Positions 37,583-46,822 of a stretch of DNA of 64,000 bases are shown piece after piece. This stretch comes from a virus. Both the position numbers and the translations under genes were made by a program. Each line of letters starts with the position of its first letter. Position 1 is the first letter of the stretch. The DNA lies in IMG/VR virus record IMGVR_UViG_3300045976_000088, positions 1-64,000 of that record; one strand, written 5' to 3'. The notes beneath the pieces were generated by a model that saw only the letters and a program-made list of their open reading frames with translations, was not told the origin of the DNA and ran no database searches.

Positions 37583-38127
37583 CCCGCCGCGTTTTCCTCG
37601 ACATGGACGGTGTGGTGGTGGACTTCGAGGGCTATCTGCGCCACCTCAACGAAACCATCGCCTTCTCTGGATCGGCGCCTTTCACCGGCGACGACGTGAA
37701 GCGCAGCGCGGGCGCCTACGCCAACATGCTGCCGATCCCCGGCGCCCTCGACGGCGTGCGCTCGATCATCGGCATGGGCTTCGACGTGTGGCTCGCCACC
37801 AAGCCGCCAACCGGCATCAGCTGGGCCTACGCCGACAAGGCCGAATGGGTCTTCAAGCACCTGCCAGAGCTCAAGCGCAAGCTGATCATCACGCACGACA
37901 AGGGGATGCTTGGGAGCGAGCGCGACATCCTGGTGGACGATCGTCCGCACCGTGCGAACTGCGAGGCCTTCCGCGGCATGCTTGTGTCGTTCGGCTTCGC
38001 GTCGAGTGAGCTTGTCAAGAAGCGCTGCAGGCTCGCCACCGCTGGAGTCTGCGACTGGCAAGAGCTGCTTGCCATGCTCGGCAAAATCGCCCCGAACCGC
38101 GAGCGCAGTTCGGCGCTGGAGTTCTGA
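37579..38127 (+). CDS. HAD-family 5'(3')-deoxyribonucleotidase (NT5C-like)
   Basis: FLDMDGVVVDF, K.EWV, ILVDD. Confidence 0.85.
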   Translation: MTRRVFLDMDGVVVDFEGYLRHLNETIAFSGSAPFTGDDVKRSAGAYANMLPIPGALDGVRSIIGMGFDVWLATKPPTGISWAYADKAEWVFKHLPELKRKLIITHDKGMLGSERDILVDDRPHRANCEAFRGMLVSFGFASSELVKKRCRLATAGVCDWQELLAMLGKIAPNRERSSALEF

Positions 38128-38129
38128 CC

Positions 38130-38330
38130 ATGGCACCGCTCACCGAGCGCTGGGTCGCTATCGAAGGCAGCATCTACACCGAGGCCGAGCACGAGCAGAA
38201 GACCGCGGGCGGACTCACAATCCGCGTGCGCCACGCGATCGCCTACAACGTCGGCGACGCGGCCGCCCAGCACATCGTGACGCTGCACAACTCGGCGTTG
38301 GTTCGATCATCCTTACAGGCTGCTGTGTAG
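38130..38330 (+). CDS. Hypothetical protein
   Basis: GGAG RBS. Confidence 0.55.
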   Translation: MAPLTERWVAIEGSIYTEAEHEQKTAGGLTIRVRHAIAYNVGDAAAQHIVTLHNSALVRSSLQAAV

Positions 38331-38391
38331 TGGCATAATCAAATTTGATCAACCGCGCGGCCCGGTCGCGCCGCATATTTGGAGAAGCACC

Positions 38392-39441
38392 TTGGAGATC
38401 AAACCCACCATTGGCCGCAAGGTCTGGTACTGGCCCACCAACGACACGTCGATGGCCGTGAGCAGTGCCGACCAGGCGCTCGACGCGACCGTGATCTACG
38501 TGCACGAAGATGGCTTCGTGAACCTGTTCATCGTCGACCACATGGGCGCGATGTACTCGCGCTACCGCGTGCCGCTGTATCAGGGCGATGTCGACAGCAG
38601 GCCGCGTGATCACTCCTGCGCCACGTGGATGCCGTACCAGCGCGAGCAGGCATCGAAGGCGTCCATCGTCACCGCCGAGGAGAAATCCGAGCTGCTGGGG
38701 GTGTTCGAGAAGCCGCGGCACACCGTCGACATTCCCGACTCCAGCGGCCGTATCGCGCGCTACATCCTCGACGACGCCGCGAGCACCGAGAGCGCGCTGA
38801 GCGCGAAGCTGGTCGAGATGGGGTGGACGCCGCCGGGCGGCATGGTGCGCAGCGATCCGGTGGATCTGAGCACTGTCGCAAACGTGGCGCTGATCCAGGA
38901 ACTGGCGCGCCGCAACATCTCGCTTACCGCCGCCGAAAAGACCTTCGCCGACCCCTGCCTCGCCAAGCGCCGCCCCGGCGAGCCGATGTTCACGCTGCTC
39001 GGCCGCGACCCGGTGGCGGCCAGCCTAGTGCGGCTGTGGGCAGCCGCGCGCGACGCCTACCTGCTCAAGCAGACCGACCCGGATCGCCTGGCGAACGCGC
39101 TGGACATCGCCGACAAGATGGAGCGCTGGAGCCGCGGGCCGTCCGACACCCGCCCACTAGGCAACGGCGTGCCGGCCGACGTGCTCGACCTGCTGCCGCT
39201 CGACATGCTGGAGCGCGCGCTGTCGAAGCGCGGGTACACCGTGCTGCCCAACGCGGCGAGGATGGCGGGCGAGATGAAAGACGGCAGCGCTCCGACCGGA
39301 GTTCCGCGGATCTCAGGCCCGTTCTACGAGCAGCTGAAGAAGCAGCTGCGCGAGGAGTTGTTTCAAATGCCTGACCTGCGGCCGGCTGGCGCAGGCGATG
39401 GCAGCACCATCCCGTGCGTCGACATCACGCTGGAACGCTGA
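38392..39441 (+). CDS. Mosaic hypothetical protein
   Basis: KPTIGRKVWY N-module; EPMFTLLGRD module. Confidence 0.7.
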   Translation: MEIKPTIGRKVWYWPTNDTSMAVSSADQALDATVIYVHEDGFVNLFIVDHMGAMYSRYRVPLYQGDVDSRPRDHSCATWMPYQREQASKASIVTAEEKSELLGVFEKPRHTVDIPDSSGRIARYILDDAASTESALSAKLVEMGWTPPGGMVRSDPVDLSTVANVALIQELARRNISLTAAEKTFADPCLAKRRPGEPMFTLLGRDPVAASLVRLWAAARDAYLLKQTDPDRLANALDIADKMERWSRGPSDTRPLGNGVPADVLDLLPLDMLERALSKRGYTVLPNAARMAGEMKDGSAPTGVPRISGPFYEQLKKQLREELFQMPDLRPAGAGDGSTIPCVDITLER

Positions 39442-39443
39442 CC

Positions 39444-39794
39444 ATGGACGGCAATGAACTGGTCAAGTTTCTCGCCACCACGGTCGAGAAGCACACCCTG
39501 CAGGCCTGCAGCATCGAGCAGCTGAAGGCCGAGCTCGCGCGCCGCGGCGAGGCGCTGCCCCAGCAGATCGACCTGCGTGAGCCGCTGGCGCGGCTGTTCC
39601 AGGCCGCCGACCTGCTGAACCAGAACCTCAACAGCGGCGACTACGATGACGCGGTGCGCGAGGCCATGGCCCAGCTGCTGCCGGACATCGAGCGCGCGCT
39701 GATCCTCGACTGCGGCGACGCGGTGCGGCGCCAGGCCAAGCCGCGAGGCTGGATGGGCGACCGCAGCGGCGGCCCGCACGGCCCGCACGACTGA
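39444..39794 (+). CDS. Hypothetical protein
   Basis: Operon-packed ORF. Confidence 0.6.
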   Translation: MDGNELVKFLATTVEKHTLQACSIEQLKAELARRGEALPQQIDLREPLARLFQAADLLNQNLNSGDYDDAVREAMAQLLPDIERALILDCGDAVRRQAKPRGWMGDRSGGPHGPHD

Positions 39795-39901
39795 CACTTA
39801 ATCTGTCGCGCACGGCCGGCCGGCCCTTGCGTGGCAAGCAGTTAGCGACGCCGGCCTGATCATCGGGCGCGCTTTGGGCGCGCCAGCACCTGGAGACCGC
39901 A

Positions 39902-40168
39902 ATGAAAAGCACCTTTGACCGCATCAAGAAGCTCGTCGCCGAGCAGCTGGGCCTGAGCTACGACAACCTCGACGACAACGTGAAGCCCGAGAGCAGCCTG
40001 GTCGGAGACCTGGGCGCCGACAGCCTCGATACCATCGAGATGGTCATGGCCCTTGAAGACGAGTTCGGCATCGAGATTCCCAACGAGCACGCCGAGAAGA
40101 TCAAGACCGTGCAGGACTGCCTCGACGTCGTGGAGCAGCAACTGAAGCTGCGCGGGGTGACGGCGTGA
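39902..40168 (+). CDS. acpP: Acyl carrier protein
   Basis: [34 protein letters not shown]. Confidence 0.93.
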   Translation: MKSTFDRIKKLVAEQLGLSYDNLDDNVKPESSLVGDLGADSLDTIEMVMALEDEFGIEIPNEHAEKIKTVQDCLDVVEQQLKLRGVTA

Positions 40169-40425
40169 GCGGCGGCGAGCGCGACGACGGCGGGCCGGCG
40201 TTCCCGGTCCCCACGATAAGCGTGGCCGATCGCGAAATCACCACGCACGAGAGCACCGGCGGCATGACGCTCCGCGACTACTTCGCGGCGAAGGCGATGC
40301 AGAAGCTCATAGGCAACGTCAGCATGGAACATCTCGCCACCGGCCGCCCCTACTTCAAAGCGGACTGGGCGGCGGTCGCAGCCTATGCGATGGCCGACGC
40401 TATGCTGAAGGCGAGGTCATCATGA
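40165..40425 (+). CDS. Conserved phage protein
   Basis: GGPAFP...[14 protein letters not shown]...[12 protein letters not shown]. Confidence 0.75.
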   Translation: MSGGERDDGGPAFPVPTISVADREITTHESTGGMTLRDYFAAKAMQKLIGNVSMEHLATGRPYFKADWAAVAAYAMADAMLKARSS

Positions 40426-40637
40426 ACGCCCACGCCGCAATCAACGCGCTGCTGATCTTCCTGATGGTGCCGGGAGTCATCACGGCCTGGCACATCCTGT
40501 TCAGCATCGCCATGGCCTGCGAAGACCGCGACGGCGAGCTGATGGAGTGGTACAAGCGCGGCCCGCTACTCGGGCAGTGCCTGGTCTGGCTGCTGTGGCC
40601 GGTGTTCTTGATCTGGAGGCACAGGCGCCGTGGATAA
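40422..40637 (+). CDS. Small membrane protein
   Basis: Two hydrophobic segments. Confidence 0.55.
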   Translation: MNAHAAINALLIFLMVPGVITAWHILFSIAMACEDRDGELMEWYKRGPLLGQCLVWLLWPVFLIWRHRRRG

Positions 40638-40977
40638 CAGCCCTTGGACCCTGATCATCGACGGCCACGAGTACCAAGGCTCGATCACCGAGCTGCAGGT
40701 GACGCTTCCGATCGTTTCCACCTACACGCCAATGACTGGCTGCTCGGCGACGCTGGAGATGAAGGCCGCCCGGTGGAACGTCAAGAACTGCCGCAAGCTG
40801 TGGCCGGGTCCGCCTGGCGGTAAGCGGGCTCGTCGCGCCAGGTTTTACGCGAGGCAGCGCAAGTTGCGTTGGCTCGCGCGGCAGGTCAGGCAGGACTTGG
40901 AGCGGTTCTATGGTCGCCCGCTCACGCCGGAGTTGCGCGACGAGGTGATCGAGCAGGTCTACCACTCGCTCCGCTGA
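40630..40977 (+). CDS. Hypothetical protein
   Basis: Overlap-coupled ORF. Confidence 0.5.
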   Translation: MDNSPWTLIIDGHEYQGSITELQVTLPIVSTYTPMTGCSATLEMKAARWNVKNCRKLWPGPPGGKRARRARFYARQRKLRWLARQVRQDLERFYGRPLTPELRDEVIEQVYHSLR

Positions 40978-41414
40978 TGCTCTGCCCCATCTGCGGCCGC
41001 CCGACGCGCCTGCTGCGCACCGAGCCGCTGGAGGTGGGCGCAGTGCGCCACGTGCGCCTGTGCACGATCCCGACCGCGCTGGCGCACCCTCACGTCGAGT
41101 TCGAGACCGTTGAGGTGCTGGCCGCCACGCTGAGCGGCATGGGCGCGACCGCGTTGGCGCGCGAGCTGCACCGCGCGCGCAAGGGGCTGCGGCGCCGCGT
41201 CGAGACCGAGACCATCCGGCGAAAGACGCTGAAGCTGCTGGCCGCCGGCAAGCGCACGGCGCACGTGGCGCGCGCGGTCGGCATAACCGAGGCCCGTGTT
41301 CGTCAAATTCGAGCAGAAGCGGCCGCTGTGACGGTATCCTCCGCGCATGGTGAACCCGAACCCCAAAGCGAAACCGGACCTGAAGCACGGCAACAGCCAC
41401 CCGCTGCGCGCTGA
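40977..41414 (+). CDS. Zn-ribbon + C-terminal HTH regulator
   Basis: MLCPICG...RLC...H..FETVE; TAHVARAVGITEARVRQIR. Confidence 0.7.
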   Translation: MLCPICGRPTRLLRTEPLEVGAVRHVRLCTIPTALAHPHVEFETVEVLAATLSGMGATALARELHRARKGLRRRVETETIRRKTLKLLAAGKRTAHVARAVGITEARVRQIRAEAAAVTVSSAHGEPEPQSETGPEARQQPPAAR

Positions 41415-42021
41415 AGCGATCGAGTGGATTTACAACCACCTGTTCGTCAACGGCGAGAGTGACCTGCGGCCGATCTACGAGCGATACGAGAAGGGCCAAG
41501 GAGTCGGCCACCACACGGTTTGGGGGTGGATCCGCCAGGTCAAAGCCGCGGGCCCGCGCAAGACCGACCTGAGCGCGGCCGCGGCGCGCGTCGAGGAGAT
41601 CATGGACACCGACATCGGCAAGAACCTGCCGGTGGCGCCATCGCCGCACTACGTCGCGAGCGCCGGCGAGCGCGGCATGCGCAACCTCGATATCCTCGGC
41701 TGCCTCTCGCAGGCGAAGCACGACATCGACATGCTGCGCAAGCACGCGGTCAAGATGGTGACCGATCCCGACACGGGCGAGCAGGCCGAGGGCATCAAGA
41801 ACCCGCTGCTGTTCGAGAAGCAGATTCAGCGCCGGCTGAACCTGGCCGACAGCGCGATGAAGGCCATGAGCGAGGTGTGGAACCTGCGCACGATGCAGAA
41901 CTTCTACGAGACCGTGGTCGACGAGATCGGCAAGGAATCACCGGAATGCCAGCAGCGCATTATGCGCCGCCTGGCCGCGCTGAACGCGCGCACGGGGATG
42001 ACGCTCAACGCCAGGGTCTGA
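41347..42021 (+). CDS. Probable terminase small subunit, predicted leaderless
   Basis: Directly upstream of large terminase; N-terminal HTH-like segment; ATG 6 nt after CTGTGA-CGG-TATCCT. Confidence 0.6.
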   Translation: MVNPNPKAKPDLKHGNSHPLRAEAIEWIYNHLFVNGESDLRPIYERYEKGQGVGHHTVWGWIRQVKAAGPRKTDLSAAAARVEEIMDTDIGKNLPVAPSPHYVASAGERGMRNLDILGCLSQAKHDIDMLRKHAVKMVTDPDTGEQAEGIKNPLLFEKQIQRRLNLADSAMKAMSEVWNLRTMQNFYETVVDEIGKESPECQQRIMRRLAALNARTGMTLNARV

Positions 42022-42022
42022 C

Positions 42023-44095
42023 ATGGGCGGACCCACGAGCGGCCGCTGGCGCGCCAACAAGGCGAGCGTGAACGACTGGGAGTCGGGCCTGGGCGCTGCG
42101 ATCGCCGCCCTGGAGGCAAAGACCGGCTTCGTGGTGACCGAGCGCCGCAAGGTGATCGAGCCAGGCACCACGTTCCGCGAATGGGTCGAGCAGCTGGCCG
42201 CCGATGGCCTCAAGGTCGACGGCAAGCCGTTCACACTAGAGGACCGACCAGCGATGGCGTGGGTCTACGACCAGATCCCGAGCACCGAGGATGAAGCTTT
42301 CCGCCTGTGCCTGGTGATGATGAAGTGCGCGCAGGTCGGCTTCACGGTGTTCGAGATGCTGGCCGCGATCTACCTTGGTCTGCGCTTCGGGCCGGCCACC
42401 GTCGGCATGTTCCTGCCCGACATGAACCTGGCCGGCGTGAAGTCGACCGAGCGGTTCATGCCGATCGTGCGCAGCGTGCCAGAGGTGCACAGCCTGATGA
42501 CACAAGACGCGGCCGACGGCTCTGGCCGCAAGGTAGGCGAGGGCAACGTCAACCGCCGGCGCATCGATCAGGCGCTGTTCATCTTCAGCTGGACCAGCGG
42601 CAAGGCCACCACCGAGTCGATCCCGATGGACGTGCTGTCCTTCGACGAGGTGCAGGAGATGACGCTGGAGCAGATCGAAAAGACGTACGAGCGCTTGAGC
42701 GCGTCGTCGATCCGCTTCATGCAGATGGGCAGCACTGCCAACTGGCCCGACCTGGACATCCACTGGTGGTACAAGAAGGGCAGCCAGCACCGCTTCTACA
42801 CGCGCTGCACGACATGCGGCAGCGAGAAGCCGCTGGATGACTACTTCCCGGAGTGCATCAAGTACGACCCCGAGCGCCGCGCGCACCGCTACGTTTGCCC
42901 AAGCGGCCATTGGATCGACGACACGCAGCAAGGTGAGTGGCGCGCCGACAACCCGGAAGCCGACCCGCCGATCGACACCACGATCCCGAAGAAGGACCGG
43001 CCGCGGCGCATCCGCTCGCTGCACTTCCCGCAGTTCCTCTCGCCGACGATCAGCGCCGGCGAAATCCTCGACGCCTACAACACGGCCGAGGACATGAAGA
43101 ACTTCTACAACCGGAAGCTCGGCAAGCCCTACCTCGATCCGTCGCAGATTCCGGTGACCATGGAGCACTGCCGCGCCGCCGAAGCCGCCGGCATCGCGCT
43201 GGGGCTGCAGTGGAAGCAGCGAGCGCGCGGCACATTCATGGGCATCGACCAGATGGGCCGCTACAACGTGGTGGTGATCAAGGAACGGCTGCCCGATGGG
43301 CGCCAGGCGACGATCCACGTCGAGGAGGTCTACAGCAAGGAGCCGTTCAAGCGCTGCGACGAGCTCATGGAGCAGTACGGCGTGCAGTGCTGCGTGCTGG
43401 AGCAGAACCCGAACTACAACGACGCGCACAACTTCGCCAACCGCCACCCTGGCAAGGTCTTCCTGTGCAACAGCTTCGGCGAGGTGAAAGAGGGCATGAT
43501 CGTGTGGGGCGACGCGCCGAAGCTCGACGCCAGCGACCGCCGCACCAGCGACGAGGCGCGCGACCGCTACACGCTGCGCATGGACCAGTACAAGTGCATG
43601 CAGGTCTCGATGATGCGCATCGTCAAAGGCCTATGCCTGTTCCCCGACAGCAAGGCGCTGGTGCAGGAGGTGATGCACGAGGGCCGCATGCAGCTGATGC
43701 CGGTTCTGCCGCGCGCCTGGTACCACTTCACGAAGACCGCCCTGGTGGCCGAGCTCGACGAGGAGAAGGGCACCAACAAGTACAAGCGCTGCGTGCGCAA
43801 GGTCGGCATAGATCCGCACTTCAGCTACGCCAACATGCTCTGCGACGTGGCCTGGGCACGCGCGCACGGCACCAGCACTTTCATCCTGCCGGGAGACGAT
43901 GTGATCGAGAAAGACGCGATGCTGAAGAACCCGATCATCCCCGAGCAGCTGAAGCAGCTGGTGCGGCAGGAGATCCCCGCGGGCGACGTGTGCGGGCGCT
44001 GCAGCGCGCGCGACCCCGAAACCGGCCGGTGCGATGAACGCGGCTTCCTGGTGAAGCCCGAGCAGCCTGGGTGCGTGCTATTCGTGGCGTCGTGA
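42023..44095 (+). CDS. Terminase large subunit (gpA-like)
   Basis: MKCAQVGFT Walker A, LSFDEV Walker B, Zn ribbon, FYNRKLGKPY, MGIDQ, DPHF. Confidence 0.9.
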   Translation: MGGPTSGRWRANKASVNDWESGLGAAIAALEAKTGFVVTERRKVIEPGTTFREWVEQLAADGLKVDGKPFTLEDRPAMAWVYDQIPSTEDEAFRLCLVMMKCAQVGFTVFEMLAAIYLGLRFGPATVGMFLPDMNLAGVKSTERFMPIVRSVPEVHSLMTQDAADGSGRKVGEGNVNRRRIDQALFIFSWTSGKATTESIPMDVLSFDEVQEMTLEQIEKTYERLSASSIRFMQMGSTANWPDLDIHWWYKKGSQHRFYTRCTTCGSEKPLDDYFPECIKYDPERRAHRYVCPSGHWIDDTQQGEWRADNPEADPPIDTTIPKKDRPRRIRSLHFPQFLSPTISAGEILDAYNTAEDMKNFYNRKLGKPYLDPSQIPVTMEHCRAAEAAGIALGLQWKQRARGTFMGIDQMGRYNVVVIKERLPDGRQATIHVEEVYSKEPFKRCDELMEQYGVQCCVLEQNPNYNDAHNFANRHPGKVFLCNSFGEVKEGMIVWGDAPKLDASDRRTSDEARDRYTLRMDQYKCMQVSMMRIVKGLCLFPDSKALVQEVMHEGRMQLMPVLPRAWYHFTKTALVAELDEEKGTNKYKRCVRKVGIDPHFSYANMLCDVAWARAHGTSTFILPGDDVIEKDAMLKNPIIPEQLKQLVRQEIPAGDVCGRCSARDPETGRCDERGFLVKPEQPGCVLFVAS

Positions 44096-44192
44096 CGTGA
44101 CGATGAAGGCTCTTGGACGGAAAGCCTAGACCAACCTCACCAGCCAGGAGATCGACGATGAAACGCTGACGCGCCCAACCCGCGCCCGACGA

Positions 44193-44235
44193 GTAGCCCC
44201 GGCATCGCAACTGCGCGCCGGGGCTACGCTTTTTT
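44193..44235 (+). terminator. Intrinsic terminator
   Basis: GTAGCCCCGGC...GCCGGGGCTAC-GC-TTTTTT. Confidence 0.8.
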
Positions 44236-44257
44236 GAGCGGCGCGACAGATTAAGGA

Positions 44258-44491
44258 TCAGGCAGGCGCAGGCTCCGGCAGTTCGTAGCGGCCGCTGTCG
44301 CGCGGGAACAGGTGCACCAGCACCCAGTCGCTCGGCTTGCGCGACGGGTCATGCAGGTCGGCGTCATACACGACCCAGCGACCTGGCGGTATTCGGTAGA
44401 GCTCGGCCAGGCGCGACGCGCCGATGTGGTGGTATTGGCCGTCGTGCTGCGATCGCACGCAGCCCGGGTGAAGGACGTACATCGTTTCCAT
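44258..44491 (-). CDS. Hypothetical protein
   Basis: YVLHPG.V.S..DGQYHHI. Confidence 0.55.
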   Translation of the reverse strand: METMYVLHPGCVRSQHDGQYHHIGASRLAELYRIPPGRWVVYDADLHDPSRKPSDWVLVHLFPRDSGRYELPEPAPA

Positions 44492-44625
44492 AGCTGCCCC
44501 TATGACGTGGGTGATTGTCTCACCCGGCCGCTGAACGCTACCCGCCCGGGTTAGGGGGAAGACGTAACAGCGGGCGCAGCGCGAGGTCGTGAGCGAAGAC
44601 TGGCTGCTCTAACCGGAGCAGTACC

Positions 44626-45816
44626 ATGTCCACCTTGCCCGCCCGCCCGCGCGTCGCCGCGCTCGACTACAGCCGCGACCTGTCACCCGCCCGCCAGGCG
44701 TTTCTCTCGCGCTTCCCGTTCGTCGTGCTGAGCTTCCTGCAGGCGCAGCTGAGCGCCGCGGCGCTGCCTGCCACGCTGGCGTTCCTGCAGGCACTGCGCA
44801 ACGCCGGCACGCAGGTGGCGCAGTACACGATCCTCAACGAGTTCAAAGACCCGCAGACCACCAGCGACGAGACCTACTCGTGGTGGCAGCAGTTGAACGC
44901 CAACGCCTGGTGGGCACTGAACGCCGGCGCCAAGGTGCAGTGGACGACCGCATTCGGAAACTTCGAGGCCAACCCGACGCGCGAGACGCAGCCCGACGCG
45001 CAGGGCCGCCATGTGCCGCAGGCGCGCGCCGAATGGGACTGGTCGAACCGCCTGCAGTACCTGGCGCCGCTGGTGGGCTACGTGTTCTGCGACAACACGA
45101 TGTTCCAGCCGCGAGTGACCGCCGACTACAACTGCGACGGCACGAGCGAGACGCCGGCCCAGGCCGCGCAGGCATTCCGCACGGGCTACGCCGAGTTCTT
45201 CGCGGCGCTGCAGGCGCGCGGCTTCAAGGTGATGGGCAACAGCGACTGCGACACCTCGGCTGCCGGCGGCTACGGCTGCAGCCTGTCGAAGCCTGAGCTC
45301 AAGGGTGTCGCGCAAGGTGCGTTCCTGGAAGGCGTCGCCGGCAAGAGCTACAGCCTGGAGGGGTTCGCCGGCGTGGCCGCGGTGCTGAAGTACATCCGCA
45401 GCGCGATCAACGCGACGCAGCCAGGCAGCCCGGTGCTGGTGAACGTCTACGCCGACCTGCCGACCAGCGTGCAGCTGGCGCGCTACGGCCTGTGCATCTC
45501 GATGCTGGAGGATGGGCTGTACTGCCTGAACGCGGCCAGCAACCAGGCGCCGCTCTGGCTCGACGAGTACGACCAGCCGATCGGCGATCCAACCGACGGG
45601 CCGCAGAGCGCGCCGACGCTGAGTGGTTGCTTCGTTCGCCGCTACAGCAACGGCATGGTGCTGGTGAACCCGACCAGTGCCGCGATCACGGTCGACCTGA
45701 CTGGGCAGGGCCTGCGGCGTTTCTCAGGTTCGCAGGATCCGGTGGTGAACAACGGCCAGGCCGTCAGCCAGGTGACCTTGCAGCCGAAGGACGGCGTGCT
45801 GCTGCTGAAGCTCTAA
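44626..45816 (+). CDS. Putative glycoside hydrolase (GHL15-like barrel) under late promoter
   Basis: VFCDN, AFLEG, WLDEYD, RRYSNGMVLVNPT...QDPVVNNG...LQPKDGVLL. Confidence 0.6.
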   Translation: MSTLPARPRVAALDYSRDLSPARQAFLSRFPFVVLSFLQAQLSAAALPATLAFLQALRNAGTQVAQYTILNEFKDPQTTSDETYSWWQQLNANAWWALNAGAKVQWTTAFGNFEANPTRETQPDAQGRHVPQARAEWDWSNRLQYLAPLVGYVFCDNTMFQPRVTADYNCDGTSETPAQAAQAFRTGYAEFFAALQARGFKVMGNSDCDTSAAGGYGCSLSKPELKGVAQGAFLEGVAGKSYSLEGFAGVAAVLKYIRSAINATQPGSPVLVNVYADLPTSVQLARYGLCISMLEDGLYCLNAASNQAPLWLDEYDQPIGDPTDGPQSAPTLSGCFVRRYSNGMVLVNPTSAAITVDLTGQGLRRFSGSQDPVVNNGQAVSQVTLQPKDGVLLLKL

Positions 45817-46253
45817 GCGGCCGCGTCGGCGCAGTCGTCGTTGGCCGCGCCGCGGCGCTTCTTGCCGCGGTCGCTGCGCACTTTCGGTGCCTTGCGCTGG
45901 TTCACCACGCGCGCCAGGTCGAACACGCTCGCGACGCGCTTGCGCTTGACGCGGTTCTTCAGCGTGCGGCGCCGGTTGTACTGGCTGCTGGTGAGCGGAG
46001 GCGGCTTCGGCTCGTCGGGCCCGGTGCCGAGGCAGTAGACGGCGCGCGGATAGAACAGCGCCGTCCCGTTGAGGTCGCTGCGCTCGTAGCTGCAGATGCG
46101 CACCTTCTGGTTCTTCTGCGTGCGCAGCCGGTTGAGCGTGCAGGTGATTTGCCGGATATCTGATCCTTCGACGCCGGCCAGGAGCTCGCGCGCTGTGAGC
46201 GGGCCGTCGGCCAGCATGGCGAGGATCTTCGCAGTGACGACGCGCTTGGTCAT
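45813..46253 (-). CDS. Winged-helix-like basic protein
   Basis: ILAMLADGPLTARELL...PRAVY.LG. Confidence 0.6.
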   Translation of the reverse strand: MTKRVVTAKILAMLADGPLTARELLAGVEGSDIRQITCTLNRLRTQKNQKVRICSYERSDLNGTALFYPRAVYCLGTGPDEPKPPPLTSSQYNRRRTLKNRVKRKRVASVFDLARVVNQRKAPKVRSDRGKKRRGAANDDCADAAA

Positions 46254-46822
46254 GTGGTCGAGTGCGAGGGCGAGATCGCGGCGCGAGCCTTGCGCAACGC
46301 TGATGCCGCCGCCTGGATTGTTTCTCGCTCGTCGCGCCTCAGCTTCGGGTGATCGCTGATGCCATCAAGTTCGGCCAGCAGCGCGTCGCTGATAACCACC
46401 GCTGGCGCTGCTGCCGACAGCCCTGCCACGCTGGCGGTGGCGGATGTATCGGCTCTGGGGCAAGTCGCAAGCAGATCGCAATTCCAACCCAGCGCCTCTG
46501 CCCTGGCGAATGCGTGCCTAGCGTCGCCCTCGTCGTTGTAGATCGCAACGCCGCGATCACGGTCCCAAAACCAGATGACCCACTTGCGCTGCTGCTCGTT
46601 AGCAGGCCCCGGCGTGCACCATGCGCCAACGCCAGTTTGTGCTGGTTCGAGCGGCGGAAGTTGCGTGGCCCCCTCGCGGACTTCCGCCACCACCTCCAGC
46701 GCCTGCTCGGGCTGGGGGGCGCCTCGCGTTTCACGCTGCCATGAGTCAGGCGAATGCGGGCACGGGCGAAGATCACGACGGGTGCAGTACGGGCAGCGCC
46801 AGGGCGCTTCACGGTTTGTCAT
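46250..46822 (-). CDS. Hypothetical protein
   Basis: AAGGAG RBS, ATGA coupling. Confidence 0.55.
   Translation of the reverse strand: MTNREAPWRCPYCTRRDLRPCPHSPDSWQRETRGAPQPEQALEVVAEVREGATQLPPLEPAQTGVGAWCTPGPANEQQRKWVIWFWDRDRGVAIYNDEGDARHAFARAEALGWNCDLLATCPRADTSATASVAGLSAAAPAVVISDALLAELDGISDHPKLRRDERETIQAAASALRKARAAISPSHSTT

Noticed and set aside
42023-44095. Intein or intron in terminase
   Set aside because: Continuous frame of ordinary length with no splicing motifs noticed
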